From Octopus vulgaris (Eukaryota): DNA of 64,000 nt. The position numbers and the translations under genes were made by a program. This document shows positions 49,390-61,500 of this stretch, piece after piece; the stretch's first letter is position 1, and each line of letters opens with the position of its first letter. The stretch lies in the NCBI GenBank assembly GCA_951406725.2, contig OX597820.1:87296001-87360000 (forward strand), in the 5' to 3' direction. The notes under the pieces are model-generated. The model made no database searches and was not told where the DNA came from. It saw nothing but the letters and a program-made list of their open reading frames with translations.

Positions 49390-49838
49390 AAGCAGAAATT
49401 AAGTATATTGCTTGCCCTGGTTAGTTAAACTACTACTTGCTCCATGTATAATGTGTTAGTAAGGTTGAGCAGGGACTCCACCTGTCTTTGTTCACACAGC
49501 ATCATTCCTGAGAGGAAGAGGCTCTCAGGCCATCCTACGTTGGGCAGATTGATGTCTCCCATGAGAAATACAGTGATGTGTTGTTCTAATTCGGTTAGGA
49601 CTTCTACCTTACAAAAAGTAGTAGAAGTCCTAACCGAATTAGAACAACACATCACTGTATTTCTCATGGGAGACATCAATCTGCCCAACGTAGGATGGCC
49701 TGAGAGCCTCTTCCTCTCAGGAATGATGCTGTGTGAACAAAGACAGGTGGAGTCCCTGCTCAACCTTACTAACACATTATACATGGAGCAAGTAGTAGTT
49801 TAACTAACCAGGGCAAGCAATATACTTAATTTCTGCTT
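49390..49838. repeat. Perfect inverted repeat with 218-bp arms and 13-bp spacer
   Basis: Arms 49390-49607 and 49621-49838; mirror ORFs 49425-49784 (-) and 49444-49803 (+) are identical outside the centre. Confidence 0.97.
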
Positions 49839-51279
49839 CAGTAACAACACGGATCTCATCCATAATGTGAAAGTAACACCGACGTTAGTCTCAGATCACA
49901 ATACAATAGAGCTAACCATGTAGGGATCAAAGGAATCCAGAGACATTCAGCCTATGAGGACTAGCCAAAATTTATTCAATATAAACTTCCATAAAACAGA
50001 CTGGAAATCGATTGAAAAGAGATCATCAAACAAGACTGGCCTCTCCACACCTGACATCGACATGAACTCAAATAATTCGAGTTTGTATTGCAAGTTATAT
50101 GCGAGAAGTTTGTCCCAGAGAGAAAGGCTACTGTGCATAAGAAAAAAATTCCCAGGGAGAGGAAAGTTCTTATGAGACGGCGTACAAATTGCAAACCGCC
50201 TAAATAGAGAACTCAAAGGCAGTGACAAATCTCGCCTGAAAATACTGCTGGATTTTGAGAAAAATCTGAAACACTCCTATGAAAGAGAGAGAGCAGTAAA
50301 AAATATAAAATCAAAACCCCAAAGCCTTCTTTAAGTATGTCAAAGAAACTGCTTCCATGCGTTTCAGGATAGGGCCCTTCCTCCAACAAGAGGATTCTCT
50401 AAAGGAAAATCTAATGAGGATAAGTGAAACACTGAATGAACAATTCAAAAGAGTTTTCACCCCATCCCTTACTGTACATGCAAGTCAGCAAAACTGTAGA
50501 ATTCTTGACCACTACAGATGTAAAATGGGAGACACTAACAATTAATTACATCGACATCAAAGAAAATTTAATACTGGCCATAAGTGAGGTTGGCGCAAAC
50601 TTAGCTTCTGCCTCTATGGATTCTCAGCAATTCTTCCCAGATCATGCAAACAAGCCCTTGCAAAACTATTGCAGCTTCTTTTTCAGAGCTTCCTTGCAAG
50701 CAGTAAGCTCCCAAACAAATTGAAGGAGGGAATAATATGTCCTATCTATAAAGAAAGAAGCTAGGAGAAGCTAAAAAAACTATAGGCCTATCTCTCTGTC
50801 TTCACACACCAGCAAAGTCGAAGAACGAACAGGCAGAAGGAAATGAATTCCATTCCTTGATGAAAACGACTTGCTGACTGACACTCAGTAAGATTTTCGA
50901 TCAGGTAGAAGCTGACACAGATTTTATAGCACTACGACTGGGTGTTAAAGCATCGGCTCAACAACTCAAATGCGGACGTGATATATCTCGACTTTGCAAA
51001 AACCTTTGATAAAGTCGACTGTAATATATGTTGCAAGCTGCATAATCTCGGCAAAGTCAGATAACTTGAAGTGTGGCTACACGACTTTCTAAAAGGACTT
51101 TGCAGTGAGTTCTTCAATATGGTTGTTTTCCTGCGGGGTTGACTTGAGGGGAGTATTTATGACATTATCTCACTAGTGGCGATTGGTGACCTGTGACCAC
51201 ACTCTCCAGCATTTCACAGGGTCGTCTGAATATGTACACACACACACGCAAACACACACACACATACACACACACACAT

Positions 51280-51312
<33 letters not shown>

Positions 51313-51529
51313 CAGACATATATGTATATATGTATGCATGTATATGTATGTGTGTGTACATATATACACAGCTGCATAAGTATACATATATGCATGCAGC
51401 TGTATATGCATGCACCAATGTATATATGTGTGTATGTGGACACAGAGTTTGGGATACATTTAATAGATTGCTTAAAAAAGGGAAACAATATGTCATTAAA
51501 AATAAAACTATTTTAAAACGTCAAAAGTG

Positions 51530-51860
51530 AAACGACTCCAGTACTTTTTCCCTTTTGCCGAACCGCTTAAGTTACGGGGATGTAAACACATCAGCACCGG
51601 TTGTCGAACAGTGATGGGGGGATAAATATACACATTCACACATACACACACGCACACAAAAAAACACACATGCACATACATACACACATGTATGTATCTA
51701 TACATATACACATGACGAGCTTCTTTCAGTTTCCGTTTACCGAATCCACTCACAAGACTTCGAGAGGATATAGTAGAAGACACTTGTCCAAGATGCCACG
51801 CTGTACGACTGAACTCGGAACCAAAGCAAGCGTCTTACCACACTGCCACTCATGTGCCTA
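51530..51860 (-). mobile_element. SINE family A, diverged
   Basis: TTTTGCCGAACCGCT..CTTCTTTCAGTTTCCG..GAAGACACTTGTCCAAG. Confidence 0.82.
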
Positions 51861-52344
51861 TGCATTTATGTACATAAGCGTACTTAACTATTAATCGTGT
51901 CGGACATAACATACAAATGAAAAGATGATGACTGTATCCAGTTCATCTTTCACAAAATTACGTTGGCACTTCTAATCCGTAATAGTATAGCATGTGGTTT
52001 TCTAATTTAATAATTAGATAGCGCAAAACTAATTACGCTTGTCGCAATTCGAAATAACCTTGAAATGTGTAAATGTAACACGAAAGCTAAGCTATTAAAC
52101 AATAGAGGATTAAAAGGCTATCCGTGACAAGTTGCTTTTAAATTAAATTATACAAGGATGTGAAAAGTTGTACTGTTGATATATTTTAAAGTATAATCAG
52201 CTAAGTCATTTTCTTGACACATTCTCTGAGACACAAATATTGATGCATCAGCGAAACTTATTCTAGCAGCTTAAAGAGAGAATTAGTCAACATGAACAGC
52301 AGAAATATATTTATCAGAAAATACAAAAGAAAACAATAATAATA

Positions 52345-52556
52345 ATCCTTTCTACTATAGGTACAAGGGCCGAAATTTTGGGGTAGGGGTGGTTAGTGGA
52401 TTACATCAAGCCAAGTGTACCACCGGTGCTTGTTTTATCGACCCTTAAAGGATAAAAGGCGAAGTCGACTTCAGCGGCATTTGAACTCAGAAAGTAAAAC
52501 AAAGAAATTCGGCAACGCATTTTGTTCGGCGTGCTAACGACTCTGCTACCTCGCAA
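52345..52556 (-). mobile_element. SINE family B, diverged
   Basis: TTTTATCGACC..GGATAAAAGGCGAAGTCGAC..TTGAACTCAGAA. Confidence 0.8.
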
Positions 52557-52563
52557 CTCTAAA

Positions 52564-52565
<2 letters not shown>

Positions 52566-52601
<36 letters not shown>

Positions 52602-52624
52602 TAATAATAATAATAATGATGATA

Positions 52625-52678
<54 letters not shown>

Positions 52679-52752
52679 GTGATGATGATGGTGATGGTGG
52701 TGGTGGTGGTGGTGGTGATGATGATTGGTGGTGGTGATGGTGGTGGTGATGG

Positions 52753-52783
<31 letters not shown>
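52566..52783. repeat. Compound trinucleotide tract (AAT)n-(GAT)n-(GGT)n
   Basis: Direct reading. Confidence 0.97.
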
Positions 52784-54470
52784 AGGGAATTATAAAATGG
52801 CAAAAGAGAGAAATGAAGAAAATGGTGGGTGGGGGTTAATGCAATTTCGCACCTCTCCCTTTTTTTTTTCAGATTCCTACGTTATAGATGTCGGAGATTA
52901 TGAATATGCAAAAAAAAAATTATGGATGAAAAAGTTCAAAATTTAAAATTGGGGGAGGGGGAAAACTTGAGCCCCTTATTAAACTTTATAACATTAATTA
53001 TTAAATATTAATGTTTGTTTCTCATAAAATGGTGTATATTTAATTTACATTATATTATTATTTATGATTATTTAAGTCAAACAAGTAAAACGCAAATTCT
53101 TTTCACTTTAATGTTCTTGTCTGTATTTGATTTCGATTTGCATATGTTCGTCAATTCGCTACGATCTATTTAAAGTAAACAACATAAAATATTTTAATAG
53201 GAGTGGGGAAGAGGTAAGGAGTGAAATTTTGAAAAATTTTCTTTTTGCATATTCGTAATCTCCGACATCTAAAACATAGGAATTTTTTAATGCATTTCTC
53301 GAGGAGAGGTGTGAAACTGCATTAGTCCCGAAAATGGATACCAAGACCAGAAAAACGTTGACAATATACGGAGCCTTCCACCCTAATAGTGACACCGATA
53401 GGCTGTATTTGTCCAGAAGAAAGGATGGGAAAGGTTCGATCAGTTGCCAGGACTGTATCGAAGCAGAGGAAAACAGCTTAGGGTGGTATGCAAAAAATGC
53501 CGTGGAGCCACTGTTGAAGCACACAAAGAAGGCCGGCGTCATAAAAACTGAAAGTTGTATAACTAAAGAAAAATTTAAACAAGAAATGAACAAAAAATAA
53601 AGAAAAGACCATGGAAGGAAAAGAAAATGTACGGTCAGTTTGCAAGAGATGTGAACGTCAAGACAGGTACAGAGGACCGGTGGCTGTGGATGAGGAGGAG
53701 TGACCTAAAGATAGAGACGAAAACACTCATATGCGCAGCTCAGGAACAAGCGTTAAGGACCAACTATATGAAGTGCAGAGTAGACAACACTATCGATAGC
53801 GACATATGCAGAATGTGTGGTGAGAGGGGTGAAACAGTATGGCACATCATTAGCGAATGCTCGAAATTGGCACAACGCAAATACGAAGGACGCCATGACA
53901 ATGTGACAAGAATGGTCCATTGGGATCTCTGTGGAAATCACGGCCAACTAAAAAAGCAAAGACGTGATATGGGCAAATTCCAGAAGTCACCGAAAATGAG
54001 AATTGCAAGATCCTGCGGGATGCAATGATCCAGTGCGATTACCCGACCAGACATCGGAAACCGGACATTGTTCTGGTTAATAGAAAAGAAAGAACATGTA
54101 TGATAATCGACACAGCATGCCCCGGTGACAACAGAATCAATGTGAAAAATAAAAAAATAAACAACTATGACGATTTGAAGTGGGAAATACGAAAGTTGTG
54201 ATCAATGAGGGGGGTAGACGAGATACCAATAGTAATTGGTGCACTTAGAAGTATCAGCACTCAACTACCAACATATGCTGAGAAAGATTGGTGCAAGTGT
54301 GAAGGTAGAACACCAACAAAAATCAGCATTGCTTGGAACTGCAAGAATTCTTCGCAGGGTTCTTGAAGCATGACCAGTAAACAAGTGCTACCTTAGTCTA
54401 TTGGCTCTGGAGAGCTGACATTTTCCATCATTCCCAGCAAAATAAGCTGTGAGTTTTCATATAATAATAA
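52784..54470 (+). mobile_element. 3' third of an R4/Dong-like LINE interrupted by a MITE
   Basis: GIIKWQKREMKK|MDTKTRK..HPNSDTDRLYLSRRKDGKG; AAQEQALRTNY; CRMCGERGETVWHIISEC (CCHC); RHDNV; RKPDIVLV..IIDTACPGD; IPIVIGAL; ends in (ATA)n. Confidence 0.93.
52826..53329. mobile_element. MITE with ~85-bp TIRs and 8-bp TSD
   Basis: GGGTTAATGCAATTTCGCACCTCTCC..GATGTCGGAGATTATGAATATGCAAAAA mirrored at 53242-53329; TSD GAAAATGG at 52818-52825 and 53330-53337. Confidence 0.85.
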
Positions 54471-54489
54471 ATATGGCTATGGTGCATGT

Positions 54490-55020
54490 ATATGGTGTAC
54501 CATTGCTCTGATGCAGTACAAGGCACCGGCTCTCATAGCTTCCGATCTTAAATGATTGGAAGTGTTATCGTGTACATGTTTTGTCTTGGTATTAAAGGTG
54601 GGCTACAGCACATATTCTGCTCAATATCACACATTTGCTTGTCAGTTACTTGACCTTAACCAGCTGAGTATGCCCATTGGTGGCTGACGATATGTGCATC
54701 TCTGATCACGAGCAGAAGTAGTGAGAGAGCATTACAGCCATGTGTTGAGAGGGATTCTTTGGAGTTTGAATAATCCACCCCTGGAAACATGGGTGTTTCG
54801 TTCAACATCCTTACACAAAATTCAGGGACATTTTGAGCCGGATGGGCTACTCGACCTGATGAAAATTCTAACTGGGCCCCACCTGCAAGGTCATATGCAG
54901 TTTATCTTGCTATGAGATCATCATGTCGCGCACATATGGTTGTGATTTATGTACCCGGTGTACCCTTATCAGACGGATAGTCATGATGGGTAAACTGGGC
55001 TTTGTATATTTTACGTTAAG
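54490..55020. repeat. Unclassified interspersed repeat (inverse of 8425-8872)
   Basis: Long reverse-complement match to the 8.4-8.9 kb copy. Confidence 0.8.
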
Positions 55021-55039
55021 TATCGGGATTGATACAAAT

Positions 55040-55299
55040 TAGTGATTTTCAAACGGGTTCCACAAGGCCCTTGAGAGTCCATATAAGATTTTGTTGCCAA
55101 AGTCTATGTGCAATAAATTGGTTCTACTTCTACAATACAGAAAATATTTTAACAATTTTCTTCATAGAATTCCTAATAATATTTAATTATAAAAATATAA
55201 TAGGATTTTTTTTAGACATCGAATGACTGTGAGTGTCCACCCGAGTGAAATAGGAATCAAATGGATCCGTAGGCAAATAAAAGGGGGTGAGAAACACTG
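55040..55299. mobile_element. Charlie-like hAT MITE
   Basis: Ends TAGTGATTTTCAA / TGAGAAACACTG; flanks ATACAAAT and ATATAGAT (decayed 8-bp TSD). Confidence 0.65.
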
Positions 55300-55494
55300 A
55301 TATAGATGATTATACATTTTTAGTCCGAAATGTGAAGTTTCATATCTATGCTAGAAATCAATATTATAGAATATTTTTAAAATACAGAACCTAAACAAAT
55401 AAAATACCTGTCCTGCCATGTAAATACTGCCGTGTGGACAGTTTTGCTTCAGTCTTTCTTTTCTGTCTAACGGTTACGTTTCTCTACAATATTA

Positions 55495-55667
55495 ATTTCA
55501 AATTTTGGCTCAAGGCCGGTAAGTGTAGGGGAGGGCATAAGTCGATTCCATCGACCCCCAGCACTCAACTGCCACTTATTTTATCGACCTCGAAAGGATG
55601 AAAGGCAAAGTCGACCTCGACAGAATTTGAACTCGGCGTGCTAACGATTCTGCCAGCTCGCTGCCTT
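55495..55667 (-). mobile_element. SINE family B with internal deletion
   Basis: TTTTATCGACCTCGAAAGGATGAAAGGCAAAGTCGAC..GATTCTGCCAGCTCGCTGCC. Confidence 0.85.
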
Positions 55668-56380
55668 ACGTTTACGTTCACTGTTGAACCACTAAGAGAA
55701 ACTCTACTGTTTTAATAAAATAAACGACACAGGTAATACCAACCGGCATATCTATAAATAAATAAAAAAAAGAAGAAAAAAGACAAGTGAGACTAGTTGG
55801 AATGTGTGTGATCATAGGACAGTCTGGGTAGCTGTGACAAGCTATCTCCAGGAGCAGAAGCTAATGTAATCGCGATTGAAGAGGAAGAGTGACAAGATTG
55901 GATGCTTGTGGTCAGAAAGGTAACTAATACACAATAGGGATCTGCGTGTATCTAAAGCAAGACTTCTCCAAACATTTTAATAGACAATAAACAGTGAAAT
56001 AATGATTAAAAAAATATCCAGAACTGAAAACACAGTATGGTGCACAAGAAATCAATTAGATTACCAATTAACCGCAATGACAGATATAATTTGCTAATTT
56101 TCGAAAATTAATCAGATCCAAGAGATAATTCTTTCAGTCTTATAAGAATATTTCCTACAATCTTTTCGTCGGTATTTTTTTTATTTAATAACATCTAATA
56201 TAACTCTAAATTGTTATCAATTACTTCTCTTTAATTGCATTTATTTTCATTTTCTTGAATAATTATTGATGTTTGATTAAATTTTTAACAATATGCTGTA
56301 GTCATTTTTCTTTTAACCACGATGTATAAATGTATATATATATATGTGCGTGTGTGTGTCTGTGTGTATGTATGTATATA

Positions 56381-56501
<121 letters not shown>

Positions 56502-57539
56502 ATATATTTAATGTATGTATGTACGTATGTATTATATACATATATATTACTTTACATACATACATACATACATACACACTTATGTGCGTGTGTCCAATGT
56601 TATTTAAAATTGTGGTATGTCTTACGGTAGTTTTGTGTAATTCCATACGTAATGATACAATTTACCATCGTTCAGATGGCAATTCTATATAATAGCAATC
56701 TTCCATTCTCTTTTTTAAGGCACTTGCTGTAACTTACTTAAAATCTCAGTATGCAGACAACATTCGAAATAAATCATTCAAAACTAACATAAATCTCACT
56801 TTCATTTGCATGTTTGTCACCACAAACTTATAATTTCCATTTCATTTATCTCTCTAACTTACCACAAAGTATACAAACATCTCATTTCGTGAAGGTATTG
56901 TATATTATCGTCTCAAAATCTCTGAATATTTGGATTTTTAAATATCCTATGTCCAAATTGAATATATACGGATGTGTACCTTCAATTACCTAGACATATA
57001 TAATTCAGTATATTTTTCCAAATAGAAAAAATAATAATAAAAGAGCAGAGATATGTATATACTGATATAAATATAATGGTATTTCTAATGTATAAAACGA
57101 AAAGATTTTAATAACTATTTTTTTAGTTTTTTTCTGGTTTGGTTGCGAAGGATGTTTTATTTTGAACCATTTTATAAAGATTTGTTAGAAATCGCTAAGT
57201 TTCATTTTTTATCATTATTTATTGTAATTATTTTATCATTTTCTACAAGTTATATACAGAAATAACACGATTAACGCTCTAGATACGTTCCTGAAAACGT
57301 AACGTTAAACGAAACAATACTATAGGGAGTAATTATAACATATTCATAGAGATACGAACTTCCTACGATGTCTTTAACAATGATATCGCCATATGCTTGA
57401 AAAGTCAATGAACGTGCTGGTTTATCTTCCAAGCACTTAATAACTTTAGATAACTTTCACACTATAGGGTGCTATACATTGTGATCTAAAGTTTTGAAGA
57501 AATTAGCACACAATATTAATTCATTATCTAATATTGCTA

Positions 57540-57856
57540 TAGGTAGTAAACTGGCAAAATCGTTACTGCGCAGGGCAAAATGCTTAGCGGCACTTTCTCT
57601 GTCTTGATGACCTGAGTTCAAGTTCCGCCGAGTTTGACTTTAAGGCGGCGAGCTGGCAGAACCGTTAGCACGCCGGGGAAAATGTTATCGGCATGTTATC
57701 CGTCTTTACGTTCTGAGTTTAAATTCCGCCCAGGTCGATTTTGCCTTTCATCTTTTCGGGATCGATAAAATAAGTACCAGTTGAGTATTGGGGTTGATGT
57801 AATCGACTTATGCTCTTTCCTGAATTTGCCGATCTTGTGTCAAAATTTGAAACCAT
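57540..57856 (+). mobile_element. Family-B SINE head followed by a complete family-B SINE
   Basis: Head at 57540-57640; second copy from 57642 (AAGGCGGCGAGCTGGCAGA). Confidence 0.83.
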
Positions 57857-58296
57857 TTTCTAGTATTATTATATAATTATCAAACAGTTTAGTACACAGA
57901 CTTGCTTACCATTAATTCAGTTGAAAAGCGACTGAGAGAAACAGGACAAAAGATGCTAGATCTGGGATGAGGATTTAAGCTATGGTTCTTCCTCACATAT
58001 CTGTGGACTCCCGGTTAGTCATTCTCAATAAACTGGTCTACAATTTCCTCGGTTTGGTGATGACATTACAGCCCTGATTCTTTTTAATGTGTTAGTTCAA
58101 CTCTAGGATCTTCAGGAATTTTCGGACTTGTTACTGTGCTAACTCCTGTAGCTCTTCAATTTATAAACTGTGATTGAAACTGTTTCAGTACCTCGAAACT
58201 ATCCGTTTTGATAGTTTACATTCTTTCTTCATTGTCAACCAACGATCGGAGAGTTGCCTCTCCAACAGCTGGCAACTTTCTGCTAATGCTACTAAC

Positions 58297-58544
58297 CCGT
58301 CACATTATCCAACAGTTGGTGAGTTGCCTACACCAATTGTTGAATGTTTGTTTTTACCAAAACTTGGAGAGTTGATTTCACCAACATTTGGAGAGTGACT
58401 GCTACTGCTATTAACATAATGCCGTCACATCATCCAACAGATGGTGAGTTAACCTAAAGCAACAGCTGGATGTTTGTTTACACCAACGCTTAGAGAGTCG
58501 ATTGTACCAACATTTAGAGAGTGACTGCTACTACTAACATAACG
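58297..58544. repeat. Two ~125-bp tandem units built from 24-bp subunits
   Basis: CCGTCACAT at 58297 and 58422; subunits CCAACA..TGGAGAGT spaced 24 bp apart. Confidence 0.85.
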
Positions 58545-58602
58545 CTGAGGAATTTGAATAGGCTAACGGAACTAGTATAACTAGATATTTCCCAGACTGA
58601 TT

Positions 58603-58641
58603 TTCTTCTGAGGATGAGCCTTCGCGCCTGAAATATAAAGG
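58603..58641 (+). ncRNA. Candidate minimal hammerhead relic
   Basis: TCTT-CTGAGGA-(15 nt, weak stem II)-GAAAT-ATA-AAGG. Confidence 0.35.
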
Positions 58642-58719
58642 TTTTATGAAACTTACCGCATTATCAGAAGCTTTTCTATTTTCCCTTTCCCCTTCTGATA
58701 TATGTATATAATTATGAAC

Positions 58720-59248
58720 AAAGTGATTCGGAAATTGATGTTCTGGATCGGAACAAGTGGAGAGGTACTATTAGGGATGGATTCAACGCATGGGAGGAAA
58801 GCATGATTCACCACTCTGAGCTTAAAAGGTCTGCTGCAAAGGAACAATTAGAACTGAAATCAACAGTGAACATTGGATATGTTTTGTATCATCGTGTTCT
58901 GTGAATCATATGAAAGCACATGAAAATCGAAATGCCCGGGTAGGTAATAATCTTGAACCCCCAACCGCCTCTTGCGAATTATGTCATATGTCACAAAAGT
59001 TGGAAGACAATATCTGGACTTAAAAGACATGCTAGCTCACAAAAACATTCCTTCAAAATCAGATTCTAAAGGGCAAAGATGTAGAAGAAACTTGAATAAT
59101 ATGCCATTTGCGTTTTAGATTCTGTCAGTCAGCAGTTGGTCTTAAAAATCATCTGAGGGCTCATCAACGGAGTGATTGTGTTGTGTGATGGGGTGTGGTA
59201 TGTAGGTTGATGGGACGACTATCATCTGTCAAGATGAAGCAATCATCA
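58720..59248 (+). mobile_element. 3' end of an RTE LINE with C2H2 zinc-finger relics
   Basis: VLDRNKWRGTIRDG..WEE; HMKAH; ICHKSWKTISGLKRH; CHLRFRFCQSAVGLKNHLRAH; short 3' UTR ending ATCATCAT. Confidence 0.75.
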
Positions 59249-59260
59249 TATATACATATG

Positions 59261-59381
<121 letters not shown>

Positions 59382-60744
59382 TAATACATACAAACATAAA
59401 TACCTGGTTGATGTTGAAACCGGTTCTTTCTCTATTGGCACGAAATCTTGAAATAAGCTAAATAATGACATACGTACATACATACATACATACAATCCTG
59501 ACTGTCACCCTTACACACATGATCAAGCCTATGGACAAGTGTTCCGGGTGCATCTTTGCTTGACTCTCAGCTTCATCCTCCATCTTAAATGTTAGCTAGA
59601 CGGTATCAAACATTGCTCTACTCTTTATTATCAGCTTGGACTTTCCTTAACTGGTCTTTTAAGAGTATGGAAAAGATGCCTGCCTCCTTTTGTCAGTCAG
59701 AGATACATTAATTTTCGCTTTGCCCACTCCGAAACAAACTTTTCGAGCGAGTTATTATGAGCGCAACTTTGTCATTCTTCTATTTCGAAATGTCTCTTAC
59801 ACAATTAGGGACAGAAAGTTCAATGTATTTAGGTCAAAACCGGCAAAACTGGCAAACTCGTCAAAATTGCCTCATTTGAGTATTTATTGCTCGGTAATAT
59901 TTATGTCTTTGAGTTGGTGTCATTGTTGTTGTTATTGTTATTGTTACGCAACAAGACGGGTAAAGGTGATTAGGTGATGGTCTAGGGCTTAGGGGGCGGG
60001 AGACCCCAGACCTTGGAAAAAAAACAACTTTGGTCGTCTTGTTATAGTCGAGGGCTCTTCGTTGACGCCCGACACCACTGGGAGGTGGCCCTCGAAGTCG
60101 CTGGAAATGGAGATCTCCAGGTCCAAAATTCTTGAAAGGCTACTGCTACTGCTGCTGCCGCCGATACTTTCGACATCTTTGCTATTGCCACTAGACCAAC
60201 CATCTTTCAAGATCACTTGAATTAAAGTTTTCTGCGTCTAGGAAATGTATGTCTGGCTGGAAAAGAAGCTTGCTTATACTTCCTTTTTTTATTGGCATTG
60301 TTCCATTTACTTGATATCTTCATTAATCTGATTAAACAAAAACGCCGACTAATATGTTCAAATAAAGTTAATTTTTATAATTTTTCTTAAAAATAATTTA
60401 ATAAAATTTACTTATCCAGTGAAATAGTTTTGTAAGTAGGTAACGAACTGGCAAAATGGTTAGAGCGTCGAACGAAATCATAGCGGCCTTTCTAATTCAG
60501 GCGCCTTACATTCTGAGTCCAAAATCCCACCGAGACTAACTTTACCTAAAAACCCTAATCTAGTGCGGTTGATTGACGGAAACTTGAGAAAACTGGAGTA
60601 GATTGTCATGTGGTATTTGCTTCAGCTTTTTTCATTCTGAGTTAATTCATCCTCTAGTTAATATTAATAATAACCACTTAACAAGACTCCACTGATTACG
60701 CTGTTCATCATCATGTTGTAAATAAATTTACGGCCTATTTGAAG

Positions 60745-60950
60745 GAGATGAGCTTGTAGAATTATTACTGCACCGGGCAGAATGCTTAGAGGCATTTCGT
60801 CCGTCTTTAAGTTCTGAGTTCAAATACCGCCGAGATCGAATTTGCCTTTCATCCCTTCGGAGTCGACAAAATAAGTACCAGTTGAACACTGGGGTTAATA
60901 TAATCGATATAATCCCTCCCCTGAAATTGCTGGCCTCGTGTCAAAATTTT
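60745..60950 (+). mobile_element. SINE family B
   Basis: Head and central domain match family B; a further head lies at 60438-60545. Confidence 0.82.
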
Positions 60951-61130
60951 TTTAAAAATCAATATTACGGCCATTTGCTTTCTAAAATTGTATCCCACTA
61001 AAGTCAGCTTTGCCTTTGGTCCGTCCGGCAGGAAAGTTATTTATGAGCCAAATATTATAATCAGTCAAATACTGAAGTCAATTTAATCGCTTCATCGATG
61101 GAGTTGTGTTTATATTAGAAAGCAGGTTTA

Positions 61131-61500
61131 AGGCAGCGAGCTGGCAGAAACGTTAAGTACGCCGGGCGAAATGCTTAGCGGTATTTCGTCTGCCGCTACG
61201 TTCTGAGTTCAAATTCCGCCGAGGTCGACTTTGCCTTTCATCCTTTCGGGGTCGATTAAATAAGTACCAGTTACGCACTGGGGTCGATATAATCGACTTA
61301 ATCTGTTTGTCTGTCCTTGTTTGTCCTCTCCGTGTTTAGCCCCTTGTGGGTAGTAAAGAAATAGGTATTTTACTCGTCCTTAGGTTCTGGGTTCAAATGC
61401 TGCTGGGGCCTTTCATCCTTTCGGGATCGATAAAACAAGTACCAGTTGAAGACAAGGTCGATTTAATCGACTTAGTCCCTCCCACAAACTTGCTGACTTG
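61131..61500 (+). mobile_element. SINE family B with internal 184-bp unit
   Basis: GGTATTT at 61180 and 61364; first unit nearly identical to 17645-17828. Confidence 0.9.

Larger units (their letters stand above)
48490..51100 (+). mobile_element. Heavily decayed CR1/L2-group LINE (APE endonuclease to RT domain 3), interrupted by a HINE and a fold-back
   Basis: LLLLNIR..CIALTE..RTDRKDMSHGGVVMY..HRP..MGDINLPNVGW..TRASNILN..SDHNTI..NFHKTDW..NYRPISL..VIYLDFAKTFDKVD; 50150-51090 aligns with 4262-5240. Confidence 0.9.

Noticed and set aside
49425-49803. Two overlapping antiparallel 119-aa ORFs that look like a bidirectional gene
   Set aside because: A by-product of the perfect palindrome; the sequence is LINE endonuclease.
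51900-52320. TAAT-rich unique stretch as a homeodomain enhancer (also 55700-56150)
   Set aside because: Such motifs are expected by chance in very AT-rich DNA; no further support.
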